A DNA stretch of 64,000 nucleotides from the NCBI GenBank assembly GCA_045627045.1, contig JAZQMY010000056.1:47995-111994 (forward strand), read 5' to 3'. The position numbers were made by a program, and so were the translations under genes. Below, piece after piece: positions 48,392 to 58,304 of this stretch; position 1 is the stretch's first letter, and each line of letters starts with the position of its first letter. Under the pieces are notes generated by a model that had not been told where the DNA came from, made no database searches, and was given only the letters and a program-made list of their open reading frames with translations. Origin of the DNA: Clostridia bacterium. Its GTDB lineage: Bacteria; Bacillota; Clostridia; HGM11327.

Positions 48392-49627
48392 ATGCAGTTG
48401 AACACAAATCTTACAACATCGGAATCTCAGGGAAACAACCTCAGCAGCACTGTCGTTACATACTATGACAGAAAGCTCATTAAGAATGCAAAGCCCCGTC
48501 TTGTTCACCAGAGATTCGGTCAGAAGAGACAGATCCCCAAGAACGGCGGAAAGAGCGTCAATTTCAGAAAGTTTGAAATTTTCCCTGCCGCTACAACACC
48601 TATTTCAGAAGGTGTAACTCCGGACGGAAGAGCGCTTGACATGACAAGCATCACTGCCGATCTCAAGCAGTACGGCGATTACGTTGCAGGCTCAGATTTA
48701 CTTGACCTTACGGCAGTTGATCAGGTGCTTGATGAGACGTTTGAGCTTCTCGGCGATCAGGCAGGTCTTACACTTGACCATGTCACAAGAGATATCATTC
48801 ATCAGGGCACATCCGTTCAGTATGCAAATTCAAAGAGCAAGAGATATCTTCTCACTTCATCTGACGTTCTTACAAGCGAAGAGATCAGAAAAGCTGTCAG
48901 AACGCTCAAGCGCAACAAGGCAAAGCCCTTCATCCGTAACGGCAAGCCCTATTATGTTGCAATAATTGACCAGGATTCAGCTTACGATCTTATGTGCGAT
49001 GAGCAGTGGCAGAAGGTTGCCGAATATCAGAATGCGGAAAAGATCGAAGAAGGAGAAATCGGTAAGCTTTACGGCGTAGTATTCATCGAAAGCCCCGAAG
49101 CAAAGAAGTTTGATGTCACACCTCTTTCTGCACAGTATGATTCTCTGACTATTACCTCTTATACTTCAAGCACAAGAATGGTTGACATTGCAGAAGCGAT
49201 TACCGTAGAGGATGCTAATAACCTTAAAGGCAGAACTATTGTTATCAAGGACGTTTCTGCATCACCTGCTGAATATACTACTGCAGTTATCAAGAATGCT
49301 GTTGCAGGACAGGCAGGTGCGGCATATCTTCAGTTTGTAACGGCACCTTCATTCACTCCTGCATCAGGCGACAAGCTTTTTGATGCTGGCTGCGGACTTG
49401 AAAATACGGGAATCAATTCAACTATCATTTTCGGTAAGGATGCATTCGGCGTAGTTGACATTGAAGGCGAAGGAGCATTCAAGACGATCTTCAAGCCGAA
49501 GGGCAGTGCCGGCACAGGCGACCCGCTCGACCAGAGATGGACAGCAGGCTGGAAGGCTTCAGGCTTTACTGCGGCTATTCTTCAGGAGCTCTGGATGGTT
49601 CGTATTGAACACGGTTACACACGCTGA
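48392..49627 (+). CDS. Phage major capsid protein-like (411 aa)
   Basis: Position after the scaffold-like gene. Size and composition (mixed beta-rich, Gly/Thr-rich loops) fit major coat proteins. No enzyme motifs. Confidence 0.45.
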   Translation: MQLNTNLTTSESQGNNLSSTVVTYYDRKLIKNAKPRLVHQRFGQKRQIPKNGGKSVNFRKFEIFPAATTPISEGVTPDGRALDMTSITADLKQYGDYVAGSDLLDLTAVDQVLDETFELLGDQAGLTLDHVTRDIIHQGTSVQYANSKSKRYLLTSSDVLTSEEIRKAVRTLKRNKAKPFIRNGKPYYVAIIDQDSAYDLMCDEQWQKVAEYQNAEKIEEGEIGKLYGVVFIESPEAKKFDVTPLSAQYDSLTITSYTSSTRMVDIAEAITVEDANNLKGRTIVIKDVSASPAEYTTAVIKNAVAGQAGAAYLQFVTAPSFTPASGDKLFDAGCGLENTGINSTIIFGKDAFGVVDIEGEGAFKTIFKPKGSAGTGDPLDQRWTAGWKASGFTAAILQELWMVRIEHGYTR

Positions 49628-49699
49628 GAAGCACTGAAAACGGAGGCGGCTTTTTCAAAAGAGCCGTCTCCGGATGATGTATGAAAGGAATAATAAAAA

Positions 49700-51106
49700 A
49701 TGAAGTTGATCAGGTACACAACGGACGATTTTTCAGGGGGCTTTTCGGCGGCATCATCTGAAATCACAATGAAGAACGGCTTCTCTGCGCAGGCATACAA
49801 CGTGGAGGCTCTTGACGGAAAATTGCGGACAATGAAGGGCTGCAGCCTGAAGGTTGAAACGCATATAAATTACAGGGGACAGGTCTTTACTCCCAAAAAG
49901 CTTATGGTATACCGTTCAGAGAGCGTCGATAACGAAGAGCTGCTTGTATGGGCAGAGGGCAGAGGGTCGCTGAGCATTTTCAGATATACAGGAAGCGGAT
50001 GGGAAAATGTTGACAATAACTATTCAAATGCAGATGTAGGCTATATGAATCAGTTCTTTAACGGTCAGAACAACCTTATTCTTGCGTCATCAGAGGACGG
50101 AATGTTTATTTATGACGGAAATGAGACGGAAGAAATTGATATCTGTCCGATGGCGGGAAGCCTGACACTTCATTTTGAGAGACTCTGGGCAGTGGGTGAC
50201 CCGGGCAACCCGAATACGGTTTATTATTCGGCAGAAGGAAATCCTACGCAATGGGACAAGGATAATTCTGATGCCGGCGAGATAATGATCACAACGTTTG
50301 ACGGTGACCGATTTATCGGAATCGAAAATGTGTTTGACGATGTGGTGCTTTACAGACACAATTCGCTTTTTCGAATATCGGGATCAAATCCTTCATCGTA
50401 CAGACTTCAGCAGATCCAGGCATCGACCGGTGCAGTCGGAACGAAAGGCATTGCAAATGACGGAAAGTATTCATTCTACATCGGAAATAACGGAATTTAC
50501 AGATTTGACGGAATGAAGGCTTATCTTCTGGAGAATGACAGATTAAGGGAATTCTTTGCAAAGGATGTTAACAAAACCGCTCTTTCGGAGGCCTCTGCAA
50601 TCATTAACGGGAACACACTTTACGTTGCCTTGCCAACGGGCATGAGTGCCTTCAACGATACGGTGATCGAGTATGACATTATAAGAGGCGTTTTCAATAT
50701 CCGCAAAAACGTTGATATAACTGAATTCGCCGTTTACAGGAATGAGCTTATTTTTATTGATACATTGGGAAATATCTGTATTTATAATTCAGGAGATGCT
50801 TACAAGGGCGAATGCATAGATGCAAGATACGAAACGCCTGTATGTGAATTCGACGGAAAGAATGTTAACAGAACGCTTGACAGCGTTTACTTTTGCGGAA
50901 CCGGAAACGGCAAGATTGTTATCAGCTGCATTACCGAGAACGGTACGCGTTCGGTTGAGGTAAGGCTTTCAAGGGATGAGAAAATGTACAGGGTCCCATT
51001 GTGGAATTCAGGCAGGCGATTCAAGTTTGTTCTGGAGAATTGCAACGGTTCATGGTTTGAAATAACGAATCCTGAATTTTTCCTGGAAGAGGATGATGCG
51101 GATTGA
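49700..51106 (+). CDS. Phage structural protein with beta-propeller-like repeats (468 aa)
   Basis: Repeated 'G..Y..DG' and Y/W/N/G-rich segments. Located in the capsid module. Confidence 0.35.
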   Translation: MKLIRYTTDDFSGGFSAASSEITMKNGFSAQAYNVEALDGKLRTMKGCSLKVETHINYRGQVFTPKKLMVYRSESVDNEELLVWAEGRGSLSIFRYTGSGWENVDNNYSNADVGYMNQFFNGQNNLILASSEDGMFIYDGNETEEIDICPMAGSLTLHFERLWAVGDPGNPNTVYYSAEGNPTQWDKDNSDAGEIMITTFDGDRFIGIENVFDDVVLYRHNSLFRISGSNPSSYRLQQIQASTGAVGTKGIANDGKYSFYIGNNGIYRFDGMKAYLLENDRLREFFAKDVNKTALSEASAIINGNTLYVALPTGMSAFNDTVIEYDIIRGVFNIRKNVDITEFAVYRNELIFIDTLGNICIYNSGDAYKGECIDARYETPVCEFDGKNVNRTLDSVYFCGTGNGKIVISCITENGTRSVEVRLSRDEKMYRVPLWNSGRRFKFVLENCNGSWFEITNPEFFLEEDDAD

Positions 51107-51120
51107 AAAAGAGGTAAGAA

Positions 51121-51486
51121 ATGAACAAAGGACAGGAAGTGCGTATAACAGATGTTACGTCGCCGATAGGACTCAAGACGTTGAATGACACGCTGAATTT
51201 TATACTGAATACGATAAGACAGAGAATTGATCTGACGGAAAGATACAAGACGGTTTTCTTTTCTCAATCTGTATCTGTTCCGGCAGGAGGCGTAAATACG
51301 TTGAATTTCGGGCAGACGTTTGTTGAGGAGCCGCAGATAGTGGCATCGGCGCAGAACGGAGCGAGCGTAAGGCTGGAAATCCCGACAGGTGAAACGGATA
51401 TGAGGAAGAAGGTCAATATTTCTTTCTCCGATCCGGCAATAAGCGGAATAGTCAGTGTGATAGCAATAGGAAAGGCGGATATTTGA
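51121..51486 (+). CDS. Small phage-associated structural protein (121 aa)
   Basis: Compact ORF. 4-nt overlap (ATGA) with the next ORF. Confidence 0.3.
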   Translation: MNKGQEVRITDVTSPIGLKTLNDTLNFILNTIRQRIDLTERYKTVFFSQSVSVPAGGVNTLNFGQTFVEEPQIVASAQNGASVRLEIPTGETDMRKKVNISFSDPAISGIVSVIAIGKADI

Positions 51487-51692
51487 ATATGAGCACAAAC
51501 GAGGACAGAACCGATAATATTATCAGGACTATGAATGAATATCAGAGCAGGGAATGGGCAGAGGCTTATGGTCGTGTCAGGGAGCTTGTGGAGAACGAAG
51601 CCGTCTTTGATGACGAAAAAGAAACAGAAAAGCTCATTTCCGATATCAAAAGAACAAGATGCGATACAAAAAAGGAAAGAGGCTATTTCTGA
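51483..51692 (+). CDS. Small phage-associated protein (69 aa)
   Basis: Translationally coupled between the structural gene and the holin. Confidence 0.25.
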   Translation: MNMSTNEDRTDNIIRTMNEYQSREWAEAYGRVRELVENEAVFDDEKETEKLISDIKRTRCDTKKERGYF

Positions 51693-52096
51693 TGAAGAAT
51701 GATCTTGATATAAAGATAATAATGACAGCCTGCTCATCGGCACTGATGTGGCTCATAGGCGGTTGGAACGTAATACTCGGAATACTTGCAACGGTTATAG
51801 TATGCGATTACGTCAGTGGAGTGCTTGCAGCAATAAACGAGAAAAAACTCTCAAGCTCTGTGGGCTGGGCAGGACTTCTCAAAAAGGCAGCTACACTTCT
51901 TATAGTAGTGGTTGCGCATCTTGTTGATGTTGCGCTGGGCAATACCGATGACATCGTGAGAAATATCACGGCTCTTTTTTACATTTCGAATGAGCTGCTT
52001 TCAATATTTGAGAATGTGGGAAGACTTGGCGTGCCGCTCCCGGACGTTCTCAAAGAGGTATGCGAAAAGCTGAAGACGGGGAAGAAAGAGAATTAA
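51692..52096 (+). CDS. Phage holin, TcdE/holin_4_1 family (134 aa from ATG 51692)
   Basis: Three TM segments. 'LIVVVAHLVDVALGN' and 'FYISNELLSIFENVGRLGVPLPDVLKEVCEKL' closely resemble the C. difficile TcdE 'FFLSVVDIL...LYESVSILKNMCLCGLPVPKRLKEKI'. Confidence 0.7.
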   Translation: MKNDLDIKIIMTACSSALMWLIGGWNVILGILATVIVCDYVSGVLAAINEKKLSSSVGWAGLLKKAATLLIVVVAHLVDVALGNTDDIVRNITALFYISNELLSIFENVGRLGVPLPDVLKEVCEKLKTGKKEN

Positions 52097-52108
52097 ATAG
52101 CAAAAGAA

Positions 52109-52165
52109 GGAATGCCATTCGTTTTCGGAAAAACTGATTCCGGAGATGAATGGCATTCTTTTTAT
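52109..52165. terminator. Terminator between holin (+) and DUF951 gene (-)
   Basis: GGAATGCCATTC-(27 nt)-GAATGGCATTC, a 10-bp stem, followed by TTTTT. Confidence 0.5.
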
Positions 52166-52166
52166 A

Positions 52167-52370
52167 TTATTTGTTTTCATCGGAAGCCTTTTTCAGGATT
52201 GATCTGGTTCTTTTTTCGGCTTCCTCTCTTGTGAGCATCACGATTCTGCCGCAGGTACAGCATTTCATTTTGACATCTGCACCTGTACGCAGAATTTCCC
52301 ATGATTTGCCTCCGCAGGGATGATTTTTCTTGGTTTCGATAATGTCGCCTACACCGTAATCAATAAACAT
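52167..52370 (-). CDS. DUF951-family small protein (67 aa; Cys4)
   Basis: 'GDIIETKKNHPCGGKSWEILRTGADVKMKCCTCGRIVMLTREEA'. Confidence 0.5.
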   Translation of the reverse strand: MFIDYGVGDIIETKKNHPCGGKSWEILRTGADVKMKCCTCGRIVMLTREEAEKRTRSILKKASDENK

Positions 52371-52443
52371 AGTGATCCTCGCTTTCTGAATAATAAAAAA
52401 TCTGCACGGCTTTGGACCGTGCAGATGGATGATACAATATATA

Positions 52444-53562
52444 TTATCTGTTGAGGATAGTTTCTTCTGTATCGTAGTCGAAGAAGTGGAGTCTGTTTAC
52501 ATCGAATGCAACTGTGATTGTATCGTCGCATCTTACCTGAGTACGTGAATTACTCATAGCTGTAACTGACATACCCTCAATATTCATATAGAAGTATGTA
52601 TAAGCACCGAGGTTTTCTACAACGTCAACGTAAGCCTTAACTGTGTTCTCATTTGCCTTAGCGAGGTGCTCAGGATCGTCGTGAATGTCTTCAGGACGGA
52701 TACCCATAATAACCTGTCTGCCGATGTACTTTGTGAGATCCTTGAACTTGCCCTTCTTGTAGTCATTGAGGAGGATTCTGCCCTTTGTAAAGTCAGCATA
52801 AATCTTACCGTCAACGTCTGTAATCATGCAGGGGATGAAGTTCATCTGAGGGCTTCCCATGAAGCCTGCTACGAACTGGTTATCCGGATAGTCGTAGAGG
52901 TTCTGAGGAGTATCTACCTGCTGCATAACGCCGTCCTTCATAACTACGATTCTGGAACCCATTGTCATAGCTTCTGTCTGGTCGTGTGTAACGTATACGA
53001 ATGTTGTCTGAAGTCTTGTGTGGAGCTTGATGATTTCTGTTCTCATCTGTACACGGAGCTTAGCATCGAGGTTTGAAAGAGGTTCGTCCATAAGGAATAC
53101 CTTAGGTTCACGAACGATTGCACGACCAAGTGCTACACGCTGAGACTGACCGCCGGAGAGAGCCTTCGGCTTTCTTGCGAGAAGGTGCTCGATATCGAGG
53201 ATCTTTGATGCTTCCTTAACACGTCTGTCGATTTCTGTCTTAGGAATTTTTCTGAGCTTAAGACCGAAAGCCATGTTTTCATAAACTGTCATGTGAGGAT
53301 ACAAAGCGTAGTTCTGGAAAACCATGGCGATATCTCTGTCCTTAGGAGCAACGTCGTTTACAAGACGGTCACCAATGTAGAGCTCACCCTGTGTGATTTC
53401 TTCAAGACCTGCGATCATTCTGAGAGTTGTTGACTTACCACAACCTGAAGGACCAACCAATACTACGAACTCCTTATCTCTGATGTAGAGATTAAGGTCA
53501 TTTACGGCTTTTACTTCTCCGTGATATACTTTGTATATACCTTTAAGTGTTAAACTTGCCAT
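52444..53562 (-). CDS. Sugar ABC transporter ATP-binding protein (MsmX/MalK/UgpC-like), orphan ATPase
   Basis: Walker A 'GPSGCGKST', signature '[15 protein letters not shown]', Walker B '[11 protein letters not shown]', C-terminal TOBE-like domain. No permease adjacent. Confidence 0.85.
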   Translation of the reverse strand: MASLTLKGIYKVYHGEVKAVNDLNLYIRDKEFVVLVGPSGCGKSTTLRMIAGLEEITQGELYIGDRLVNDVAPKDRDIAMVFQNYALYPHMTVYENMAFGLKLRKIPKTEIDRRVKEASKILDIEHLLARKPKALSGGQSQRVALGRAIVREPKVFLMDEPLSNLDAKLRVQMRTEIIKLHTRLQTTFVYVTHDQTEAMTMGSRIVVMKDGVMQQVDTPQNLYDYPDNQFVAGFMGSPQMNFIPCMITDVDGKIYADFTKGRILLNDYKKGKFKDLTKYIGRQVIMGIRPEDIHDDPEHLAKANENTVKAYVDVVENLGAYTYFYMNIEGMSVTAMSNSRTQVRCDDTITVAFDVNRLHFFDYDTEETILNR

Positions 53563-53755
53563 GCTTAACTAATACCTCCTGTATGTTGTAATACCAATCT
53601 GTCATAGATATTATCTATGGGATATTATAAACTATTCACTTGAAATTGTCTATTGACGATTTAACCAAACATTGAACATCTTTTTTGAACTATTGCACAA
53701 AAAACGCTCTTTTCTCATAAAAAACGCTGTTTTTCGCACAATCTTCACATAAAAA

Positions 53756-54445
53756 TCAGAAAATGGCGCCGTTCAGCTGGGCAAAAACATACCCATTTTC
53801 TCCGACAAAATACAATGTCATCGACGGCAACGGAATAAATGGCGAAATGCAGAAGACGTCTGCCGGAACGCCGTTTTCACGAGTAGTATAGGTGATACCG
53901 TCAACTCCCGCGTAGTTGTTTATTCCGTCGAGAGAATACTCATATTCAATGCCCAGAGACGTTCTTGTCCACGTTTCTCCTATGGGGATGTCCTCGTAGG
54001 TACCGATCAACTGATTGAATGTGTTTGAACCCTCATACACCACGAAAACAGAGGTGAAGAAGGTGTTCAAAATGTAGTCTTTTTTACAAAAATCGGAAAG
54101 CTTTTTATAAAACTTTTCCGATGTTCCGAAGCAGGAGCCCGAGAGGGTCTCACTGCCTATTTCAAATTTCCAGCTGAATCTCAGTCCGGAAGGCGCTTTT
54201 CCCCTGACGGAGAGAAGAAACTTTCCCGCTGATGTGTATTCACCTGTATTAATTATAAAATCATAGCTGAAGCTCTGACCTTCGGTGAAAACCAAAGGTG
54301 TCCATTCTTCAAAAAGCGTCATTACGCCGAAGCTTGTATCTATTGCCTTTTCTGTTCTGTTGTCTTCCGTTATCTGTATCGGAGCACAGGCAGACAGAAC
54401 GAATGTCAGGCAAAGAACGAGCACTGCTGCGATTGCTTTTTTCAT
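53756..54445 (-). CDS. Lipoprotein of unknown function (229 aa)
   Basis: Lipobox 'VLSAC'. No motif. Confidence 0.45.
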   Translation of the reverse strand: MKKAIAAVLVLCLTFVLSACAPIQITEDNRTEKAIDTSFGVMTLFEEWTPLVFTEGQSFSYDFIINTGEYTSAGKFLLSVRGKAPSGLRFSWKFEIGSETLSGSCFGTSEKFYKKLSDFCKKDYILNTFFTSVFVVYEGSNTFNQLIGTYEDIPIGETWTRTSLGIEYEYSLDGINNYAGVDGITYTTRENGVPADVFCISPFIPLPSMTLYFVGENGYVFAQLNGAIF

Positions 54446-54446
54446 A

Positions 54447-55454
54447 TCAGAGGATAACTATGCCGGCTTCTTTTGCAGCCTTGAGAGTAGCATCATCCCA
54501 TACTGATGCCTGAACCTCGCCGATGTGTGCCTTCTGAAGGAGAAGCATACAAAGACGTGACTGACCGATGCCGCCGCCGATAGTGAGCGGAAGCTCGTTG
54601 TTCAGGAGCATTTTGTGGAATGTGAATTCTCTTCTGTCATTGCAGTTTGCTTTGTTGAGCTGATAATCAAGAGAAGCAGGATCAACTCTGATGCCCATTG
54701 AAGATACTTCGAAAGCGCACTTGAGAGTATCGTGCCAGAACATGATATCGCCGTTGAGCTTCCAGTCATCGTAGTCAGGTGCTCTTCCGTCATGCTTTAC
54801 GCCAGACTTGAGATAATCACCTATCTGCATGATGAATACCGTGCGGTATTTTTTGACGATGGCGTTTTCTCTCTCCTTGCAGGTCATATCGGGATAGAGA
54901 TCCTCAAGTTCCTGCGTTGTGATGAACTTTATGTCACGTGAAAGATCTGTTGAAATGGCAGGGTAGAGGTCCTTCATTTTATCAAGAGTGTTGCAGATTG
55001 CATTGACGATGCCTGTTACTGTTTCCTTGAGGTATTCAATGTTTCTGTCTTCCTTTGAGATGATTTTCTCCCAGTCCCACTGGTCAACGTAAACGGAGTG
55101 GAGGTTATCAAGCTCTTCGTCACGTCTGATGGCGTTCATGTCTGTGTAGAGACCTTCGCCGACGTTGAAATTGTATTTATAAAGAGCCATTCTTTTCCAC
55201 TTTGCAAGAGAATGGACAACTTCTGCAGTAGCACCGTTTTCACGGATGTCAAAAGAAACAGGTCTTTCCACACCATTCAGGTCATCGTTGAGGCCTGAGC
55301 TGTGCTCAACGAAAAGAGGGGCTGAAACACGCTTAAGGTTAAGTGCGGCACAAAGCTCTTTTTCGAAATTGTGCTTGAGATATCCTATTGCCGTCTGCGT
55401 TTCGTACATTGAAAGCACAGACTTATATTTTTCAGGTTTTATGAACTTACTCAT
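54447..55454 (-). CDS. asnA: Aspartate--ammonia ligase
   Basis: 'VVHSLAKWKR', 'HSVYVDQWDWEKI', 'APDYDDW', 'SSMGIRVD', 'TIGGGIGQSRLCMLLLQKAHIGEVQASVW' are near-identical blocks to E. coli AsnA. Confidence 0.9.
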   Translation of the reverse strand: MSKFIKPEKYKSVLSMYETQTAIGYLKHNFEKELCAALNLKRVSAPLFVEHSSGLNDDLNGVERPVSFDIRENGATAEVVHSLAKWKRMALYKYNFNVGEGLYTDMNAIRRDEELDNLHSVYVDQWDWEKIISKEDRNIEYLKETVTGIVNAICNTLDKMKDLYPAISTDLSRDIKFITTQELEDLYPDMTCKERENAIVKKYRTVFIMQIGDYLKSGVKHDGRAPDYDDWKLNGDIMFWHDTLKCAFEVSSMGIRVDPASLDYQLNKANCNDRREFTFHKMLLNNELPLTIGGGIGQSRLCMLLLQKAHIGEVQASVWDDATLKAAKEAGIVIL

Positions 55455-56617
55455 AAGCTTTTGATTGTCTCCATTATGTAGTTTGCAAATTCAGATGAAG
55501 TACAGCCTGTATCTCTTCCTGTGATAACGAGCTTCTTTTCTGTCTGCGTGCAGATTTCAAGAGCCTTGAAGAGGTGCTCTGCCTTTTCAACGTAGCCGAT
55601 GTGCTCAAGGAGCATACCTGCGGCACGGATGATGCTGGAAGGATCGGCATACTGAATTCTGCCCTCCTGAACCATACGAAGACCTGAGCCGTGAATAGCT
55701 TCAAACATACTGTACTTTTTGCCGAGGTTTGAGCTGCCTGCCGTGCCTACGCCGCCCTGGAATTCAGCAGCCTCATCTGTAATGATATCACCGTAAAGGT
55801 TAGGAAGTACAACGACCTTGAAGTCCTGACGGCGCTTGGGGTCGATGAGCTTTGCTGTCATGATATCAATGAACCATTCGTCACATGTGATTTCAGGGTA
55901 GTCCTTTGCGATGTCACGGGCGATATCGAGGAACATGCCGTCTGTTGTCTTGATGATGTTTGCCTTTGTAACGACGGTAACACGGTTTCTGCCTGTCTTT
56001 CTTGCATAATCAAACGCTGCCTTGATGATTCTGTATGAGCCCTCGTATGTTGTGACTGTGAAGTCGATACCGAGATCGTCATTTACCTTCAGACCCTGAC
56101 TTCCCATTGCATAAGCACCTTCTGTGTTCTCGCGGAAGAATACCCAGTCGATTCCTTCAGCGGGAATGCTTACGGGACGAACGTTTGCGAAGAGGTCAAG
56201 CTCTTTTCTCATTGCAACGTTTGCACTCTCGATGTTGGGCCACGGATCGCCTGCCTGAGGTGTTGTTGTAGGTCCCTTGAGGATTACGTCGCATTTCTTG
56301 AGCTCTTCGAGTACGTCATCCGGGATTGCCTTATTATGGGCAACTCTGTTCTCAATCGTGAGACCCTCAATGTCGATAAGCTGAACTTTGCCTGAAGCAA
56401 TTTCATCAGAGAGGAGATATTCAAGAACTCTCTTTGCTTCATGTGTAATCTGGGGACCGATTCCGTCGCCGCCGACGATACCGATCTTTATTGTTTCGAG
56501 CTTGGAATAGTCAACGAAGTCTGACTGAGCTTTCATTTTTTCAATTCTGTCAAACTGCTTATTGAGCACCATTTCTATATGTTTCTGAGCATTTTTTATG
56601 TATTCGTTTCTGTCCAA
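55451..56617 (-). CDS. Isocitrate/isopropylmalate dehydrogenase family protein
   Basis: 'IGIVGGDGIGPQI', 'NLYGDIITDEAA', 'GSAPDIAG-like GTAGSSNLG'. 388 aa. Confidence 0.75.
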   Translation of the reverse strand: MDRNEYIKNAQKHIEMVLNKQFDRIEKMKAQSDFVDYSKLETIKIGIVGGDGIGPQITHEAKRVLEYLLSDEIASGKVQLIDIEGLTIENRVAHNKAIPDDVLEELKKCDVILKGPTTTPQAGDPWPNIESANVAMRKELDLFANVRPVSIPAEGIDWVFFRENTEGAYAMGSQGLKVNDDLGIDFTVTTYEGSYRIIKAAFDYARKTGRNRVTVVTKANIIKTTDGMFLDIARDIAKDYPEITCDEWFIDIMTAKLIDPKRRQDFKVVVLPNLYGDIITDEAAEFQGGVGTAGSSNLGKKYSMFEAIHGSGLRMVQEGRIQYADPSSIIRAAGMLLEHIGYVEKAEHLFKALEICTQTEKKLVITGRDTGCTSSEFANYIMETIKSL

Positions 56618-56859
56618 GATAAGTGCCTCCTTTTATAATCAAAAATAATTATTTATTATTATACCATATTTTTTACAAAATTTCAACAGTCAAATAAGCC
56701 GGTCAAGCGTACAAAGTGAAATAATAAAGGATTTTTTGCAAAAAAGTATTGAATTCTTTTGCGTTTTGGTGTATAATATACGGTGTTATTTTATCAACAA
56801 ATTCTATTTCACTCGGATAAAGGAGTTTGTCTTTGCTTTGCAGGGACAGTGATGGCATT

Positions 56860-57138
56860 ATGATCGAAAGAACAATAGTTGTGAATTGCAGAGGCGGACT
56901 TCATGCAAGGCCGGCAAAAATGCTTGCGGATACGGCTTCACGTTTTTCATCAGAGATTACACTTGTGAACGGAGATGTTGAGGGCAATGCAAAGAGCCTT
57001 CTTTCAATACTTATGCTCGGCGTTCCGGAGAAGACTGAGGTAATGCTGAGAATTTTCGGTGCCGATGAAGCAAAGGCACTCATTGCCATTTTAAGACTTA
57101 TTGACAGTAATTTTGAAGAGGATGCTATCATTTACTGA
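56860..57138 (+). CDS. ptsH: Phosphocarrier protein HPr
   Basis: 'MIERTIVVNCRGGLHARPA' places the active His at residue 15 when started at ATG 56860. Possible TTG starts upstream at 56827/56833. Confidence 0.8.
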   Translation: MIERTIVVNCRGGLHARPAKMLADTASRFSSEITLVNGDVEGNAKSLLSILMLGVPEKTEVMLRIFGADEAKALIAILRLIDSNFEEDAIIY

Positions 57139-57172
57139 TTAGTTCAGATGATGGATTAAATAATGATGACTG

Positions 57173-57217
57173 AAGCGGTTCTATGTATATAATACTCGGA
57201 ACCGCTTTGATTTTCTT
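57173..57217 (+). terminator. Putative terminator after ptsH
   Basis: AAGCGGTTC-(17 nt)-GAACCGCTT stem followed by a T-rich tail. Confidence 0.4.
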
Positions 57218-57271
57218 GAATAGTATGATTTATTAAGATCAAAATGTACTTTTGTAAAAGGAGAGCAAGTT

Positions 57272-58243
57272 ATGAAAAAGACCGTGACAATTCCGACTCT
57301 GTTGCTGATTACGGCAGTGCTTCTGTGCATAATTGCGGGATGCGATGCCGGGCCTCAGACTCCGGCTCCGACAGAGGATATTCGGGAATCAACGCCGTCA
57401 CCTTCAATGAAGCCGACGCCTGTGCCGACACCTTTGCCGTACGATAAGGAAAAACACGATGAGGTCACATACGCCATAGGAAAGTATAAGGCAGGAGACC
57501 ACCCCGAAGAAAAGCAGGGTTATGAAAAGGTCAAAGTGAATGCGACCGAACTTTTTACGAACTGGATACGCAATCCTTTGTTCTACAATATACAGGGCGG
57601 TTATTTTGACGGAGAATATTATTACGTTGGTTTTGCAAGATCGTTTGAGGGACGGGAGAGCGCAGTTATAGGCGTGTTTGACAAAAACGGAGAATACGTG
57701 AAGGAAAGTGATGAGCTTGATATTCATCATGCAAATTCAATATCCGATATGGGAGACGGTACACTGATCGTAACAGATAATGATTCGGATATTTATACTA
57801 TGATAGATAAGACGACACTTACATTGCTCTTGAAGGGCAGAACGAATTTTGATATGCTGTCTTTGGATTATTGCATAGATACGGGAACGTATGCCTCTTG
57901 CGGAACGGGATACGGTGATCTTTGCCGCATTCTTGATTATGATATGAATCTGCTTCTTGTAAGGAAGATGGATTTTGAACCGGGCAGTGCTCCGCAGAAT
58001 TTCTTCTGCACCGCTGATGCTCTTTATGCGCCCCGATATATCTATGATGCTCAAAGCAATTCCTATACGAATTACATTTACGAATATTCGTGGACACTCG
58101 GACTTCGTGAGATATATTCTTTTGAAGCAGGACCGGGTGTTGAGGTGCAGTCGGTCTCTATCGTGGATCATAAGGCTTATGCAATTTGCGGCGATCACAT
58201 AAGGGGAACGATGGTGGTCTACCAACTTGATATGGATTGCTGA
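57272..58243 (+). CDS. Lipoprotein of unknown function (323 aa)
   Basis: Lipobox 'IIAGC', P/T-rich linker; no motif. Confidence 0.45.
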   Translation: MKKTVTIPTLLLITAVLLCIIAGCDAGPQTPAPTEDIRESTPSPSMKPTPVPTPLPYDKEKHDEVTYAIGKYKAGDHPEEKQGYEKVKVNATELFTNWIRNPLFYNIQGGYFDGEYYYVGFARSFEGRESAVIGVFDKNGEYVKESDELDIHHANSISDMGDGTLIVTDNDSDIYTMIDKTTLTLLLKGRTNFDMLSLDYCIDTGTYASCGTGYGDLCRILDYDMNLLLVRKMDFEPGSAPQNFFCTADALYAPRYIYDAQSNSYTNYIYEYSWTLGLREIYSFEAGPGVEVQSVSIVDHKAYAICGDHIRGTMVVYQLDMDC

Positions 58244-58268
58244 ATCTGATAATAAGATAAAGAAAAAG

Positions 58269-58302
58269 GCTCCGGAATTGATTTCCGGAGCTTTCGTTTT
58301 TT
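58269..58302. terminator. Bidirectional terminator
   Basis: GCTCCGGAA-ttgat-TTCCGGAGC followed by TTTCGTTTTTT. Confidence 0.6.
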
Positions 58303-58304
58303 CA

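Noticed and set aside
50887-51743. Minus-strand ORFs 50887-51498 (203 aa) and 51264-51743 (159 aa) across the capsid-module genes
   Set aside because: They oppose a compact co-directional, translationally coupled plus-strand gene set and have Cys/Arg-rich low-complexity translations.
52444-53562. Orphan ABC ATPase without an adjacent permease, considered as a defence-system ATPase
   Set aside because: Its sequence is a standard MsmX/MalK-type sugar-transport ATPase with a TOBE-like tail. Such multitask ATPases are commonly encoded away from their permeases in Firmicutes.
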